From contig JBEKKT010000004.1 in NCBI GenBank assembly GCA_050010535.1, positions 46-64,045 on the forward strand: DNA of 64,000 nt, written 5' to 3'. The notes below the pieces were generated by a model, which saw only the letters and a program-made list of their open reading frames with translations, was not told the origin of the DNA and did not search any database. The position numbers and the translations under genes are program-made. Source of the stretch: Methanomassiliicoccales archaeon. GTDB lineage: Archaea > Thermoplasmatota > Thermoplasmata > Methanomassiliicoccales > JACIVX01. Numbering within the stretch: the first letter of the stretch is position 1; each line of letters opens with the position of its first letter. Below, piece by piece: positions 62,085 to 64,000 of this stretch.

Positions 62085-63437
62085 TTATCTTTTTCTCAAG
62101 ACCATGACCAAGACCACGTCCCCAACATTCGTCCCGGTCGGACCGGTCACTATTAGTCCGCCTTCCCTCCCGAAATACGATGCTGAATCGTTGCTCTCGA
62201 GGAAGACTAGCGCGTCGTCCTTCCATGTCCCCCTGTCTCCGATCGCGCCGCCGGAATCCGAGCTTCCGTCGATTCCGTCGGTTCCGAACGAGAGCACCGT
62301 GACACCTTCATCCAGATCTTGGAGGGAACTCAAAACCACCTCGCAGTTTCGCCCACCCCTTCCTAGGCCCCTGACCGTCACGGTCGTTTCACCTCCGGCG
62401 ATGACGAGGGCAGGAGGGGGAATCGGTGTCGAAGTCTGGATGATCCAGTTTCCGATTGCGGAGAGCGCTCTCCCTACCTCCCTCGCTTCCCCCTCCAAGG
62501 ATGAAGTTAGAACCATCGTGTTGTACCCCAGGTTCCTCGCCTTCCTTTCGGCGGCAAGCAACGCGACCTCATTACTGGCGATGATGACGTTGCTGACCCG
62601 GTCGAAGATCTTTTCACCCACCTTGGGATTCTCGTCCTTTGCAGTCTGTAGGTGATGCAACACCGACCTCGGCACCTCTTCGAGCAGACGGTACTTGCTC
62701 AGGATTGCCATAGCGTCATCGTAAGTCGTCGGGTCGGGCGCCGTAGGCCCAGAGGATATGCTCTCGAGCGGGTCCCCTACGACGTCGGAAACGATCAAGC
62801 TAAGAACAGAGGCTGGATAGGCGAGTTTCGCTAGGTTGCCACCTTTCAGGCAGGAAAGGTGTCTCCGCACTGCGTTCAACTCGTCGACTCTCGCCCCCCT
62901 CAGCATTAGGAGCTGCGCAGCAATCCCCTTCTCTTCTAAGGTTACGCCTTCCGCAGGGCAGGGCATCATTGCCGACCCGCCTCCAGAGATCAGGCAGATG
63001 ACGAGGTCTTTCTCCGTCGCAGCCTCGCACATCCTCATTATCTCGACCGCCCCCTTCATTCCATCGGGTCCAGGATGCGGGTGCGTGCTCTTATGGAGCT
63101 TGATCCTCCCGACCGTGCCTTCCGCAAGGAAGTTGACCGTTCCCGCGGTGATCCTGTCTCCCAGAACTTCGTCTAGAGCCTCCGCCATCCTCTTAGAAGC
63201 TTTTCCTGCCCCGACGACAAGGACTCCGTCGAAGCGAGACAGAGGATACACCCTTCCGCCGACCGATAGGACATCACCCTCGAGCGACATGGCGTCCTTC
63301 ACGCATCGATACGGGTCAACGGCGTCTACCGCCGCCTCTAGCACCTGGAATAGGTGCGCACGCGCTTTTCTGTCGCCTTTCGCGAGAAGTTGGTCCCAAT
63401 TGGTGATTCTCAAGTCAACCCTTCCACACGGAGGCAT
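62085..63437 (-). CDS. Glycerate 2-kinase / hydroxypyruvate reductase-like protein (DUF4147 + MOFRL)
   Basis: VVGAGKASKRMAEAL..HPHPGPDG..LISGGGSAMM..IAGGETTVTVRG.GRGGRNCE..LSFGTDGIDG. Confidence 0.8.
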   Translation of the reverse strand: MPPCGRVDLRITNWDQLLAKGDRKARAHLFQVLEAAVDAVDPYRCVKDAMSLEGDVLSVGGRVYPLSRFDGVLVVGAGKASKRMAEALDEVLGDRITAGTVNFLAEGTVGRIKLHKSTHPHPGPDGMKGAVEIMRMCEAATEKDLVICLISGGGSAMMPCPAEGVTLEEKGIAAQLLMLRGARVDELNAVRRHLSCLKGGNLAKLAYPASVLSLIVSDVVGDPLESISSGPTAPDPTTYDDAMAILSKYRLLEEVPRSVLHHLQTAKDENPKVGEKIFDRVSNVIIASNEVALLAAERKARNLGYNTMVLTSSLEGEAREVGRALSAIGNWIIQTSTPIPPPALVIAGGETTVTVRGLGRGGRNCEVVLSSLQDLDEGVTVLSFGTDGIDGSSDSGGAIGDRGTWKDDALVFLESNDSASYFGREGGLIVTGPTGTNVGDVVLVMVLRKR

Positions 63438-64000
63438 TCACCAGGTGCCGAGGTCTCTCTCCCTTCAAACCCGCGACGAGGTTCTGCGCAGCCATGACCG
63501 CCATCCTGTCCCTGGCCTCGTATGTCGCGCTCCCGGTGTGCGGAGTCAGCACCACATTCTCGAGCTCCGCCAGCCCCGGGCCGAGCGCAGGCTCCTTCTC
63601 GTACACGTCGAGACCGGCTGAGTCGATCCTTCCCTCCTTGAGCGCTTTAACGAGCGCGGTCTCGTCGACGACCTCGCCCCTCGAAGTGTTCAGAAGGATT
63701 GCCGTAGGCTTCATCATCGTCATTTCCCTCTCGCCGATCAGATGTTGCGTCTCAGGGGTGAGGGGAACATGGAGCGAGACGTAGTCCGAACTCCTAAGGA
63801 GATCCTCGATCGACACATAAGTGGCACCCAACTCCGCCTCCGCTTCCGGGTCCCTCTTTCGATTGTGGTACAGTATCTTCATTCCGAATCCTTTTGCCCT
63901 TCTGGCGACAGCCGCCCCTATGTCTCCGAGCCCGACTATCCCGATCGTCTTTCCGTATACCTCGCGCCCGAGCAATAGGGTGGGGCCCCAGCCGACGAAC
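63415..64000 (-). CDS. D-isomer-specific 2-hydroxyacid dehydrogenase (glyoxylate/hydroxypyruvate reductase-like), 5' end beyond window
   Basis: GKTIGIVGLGDIGAAVARRAKGFGM..LNTSRGEVVDETAL..AGLDVYEKEP..NVVLTPHTGSAT. The frame stays open to base 64000. It overlaps the glycerate kinase start by 23 nt. Confidence 0.85.
   Translation of the reverse strand, partial: FVGWGPTLLLGREVYGKTIGIVGLGDIGAAVARRAKGFGMKILYHNRKRDPEAEAELGATYVSIEDLLRSSDYVSLHVPLTPETQHLIGEREMTMMKPTAILLNTSRGEVVDETALVKALKEGRIDSAGLDVYEKEPALGPGLAELENVVLTPHTGSATYEARDRMAVMAAQNLVAGLKGERPRHLVNASVWKG

Noticed and set aside
1-64000. A global search by eye for CRISPR arrays, rRNA genes, transposases/integrases, prophage or defence-island content.
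   Set aside because: I saw no regularly spaced direct repeats of 24-40 nt, no rRNA-like conserved stretches, and no recombinase, transposase, Cas, restriction-modification or toxin-antitoxin signatures in any of the translated ORFs.

Overview
This is an archaeal chromosomal segment made up mostly of housekeeping and central-metabolism genes. I found no rRNA, CRISPR array, integrase or transposase. Archaeal origin is supported by the S19e/PDCD5-like/L39e/L31e/aIF6 operon, ApgM, TrmY, archaeal-type LeuRS, PheT-beta and SRP54, and A/T-rich TATA-like boxes about 25-35 nt upstream of tRNAs and genes. A split LplA/LplB lipoate ligase next to a 2-oxoacid dehydrogenase operon suggests a Thermoplasmata-like euryarchaeon; this is an inference, not a database result.

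Main blocks:
- POR (gamma, delta, alpha, beta) followed directly by IOR (alpha, beta).
- A peptide-type ABC transporter: a PKD-domain substrate-binding protein, two permeases and two ATPases.
- Class III ribonucleotide reductase (NrdD).
- lipA, E1-alpha, E1-beta and E2, convergent with lplA, lplB, a thioredoxin-like gene and an FTR-like reductase gene.
- purB, srp54, trmY, pheT, and glycerate kinase with a 2-hydroxyacid dehydrogenase.
- Three tRNAs: Leu-UAG, Ser-UGA, and Ala-CGC carrying a roughly 20-nt insert in the D-loop.

Observations most worth follow-up:
1. A tandem ribbon-helix-helix (RHH) protein and an FtsZ homolog that has only the GTPase domain, with four GTCATAC repeats around their promoter. 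The arrangement resembles a partition cassette.
2. A two-domain KaiC/RecA-like ATPase followed by two paralogous wHTH genes that share a TCTGATATC upstream motif.
3. Two paralogous cysteine-rich ORFs separated only by a TAG codon.
4. Several other places where TAG interrupts what looks like continuous coding sequence (cupin, small Zn-ribbon). TAG also ends about a fifth of the good genes here, so global reassignment is unlikely.
5. An E3-less oxoacid dehydrogenase and lipoylation cluster next to a ferredoxin:disulfide-reductase-like/thioredoxin pair.
6. A 17-nt exact repeat embedded in similar hairpins in two intergenic regions 42 kb apart.
7. Frameshifted or truncated accessory genes (Nramp, NAD-kinase-like, MMPL, possibly the 5' end of dppB), while all large core genes are intact.
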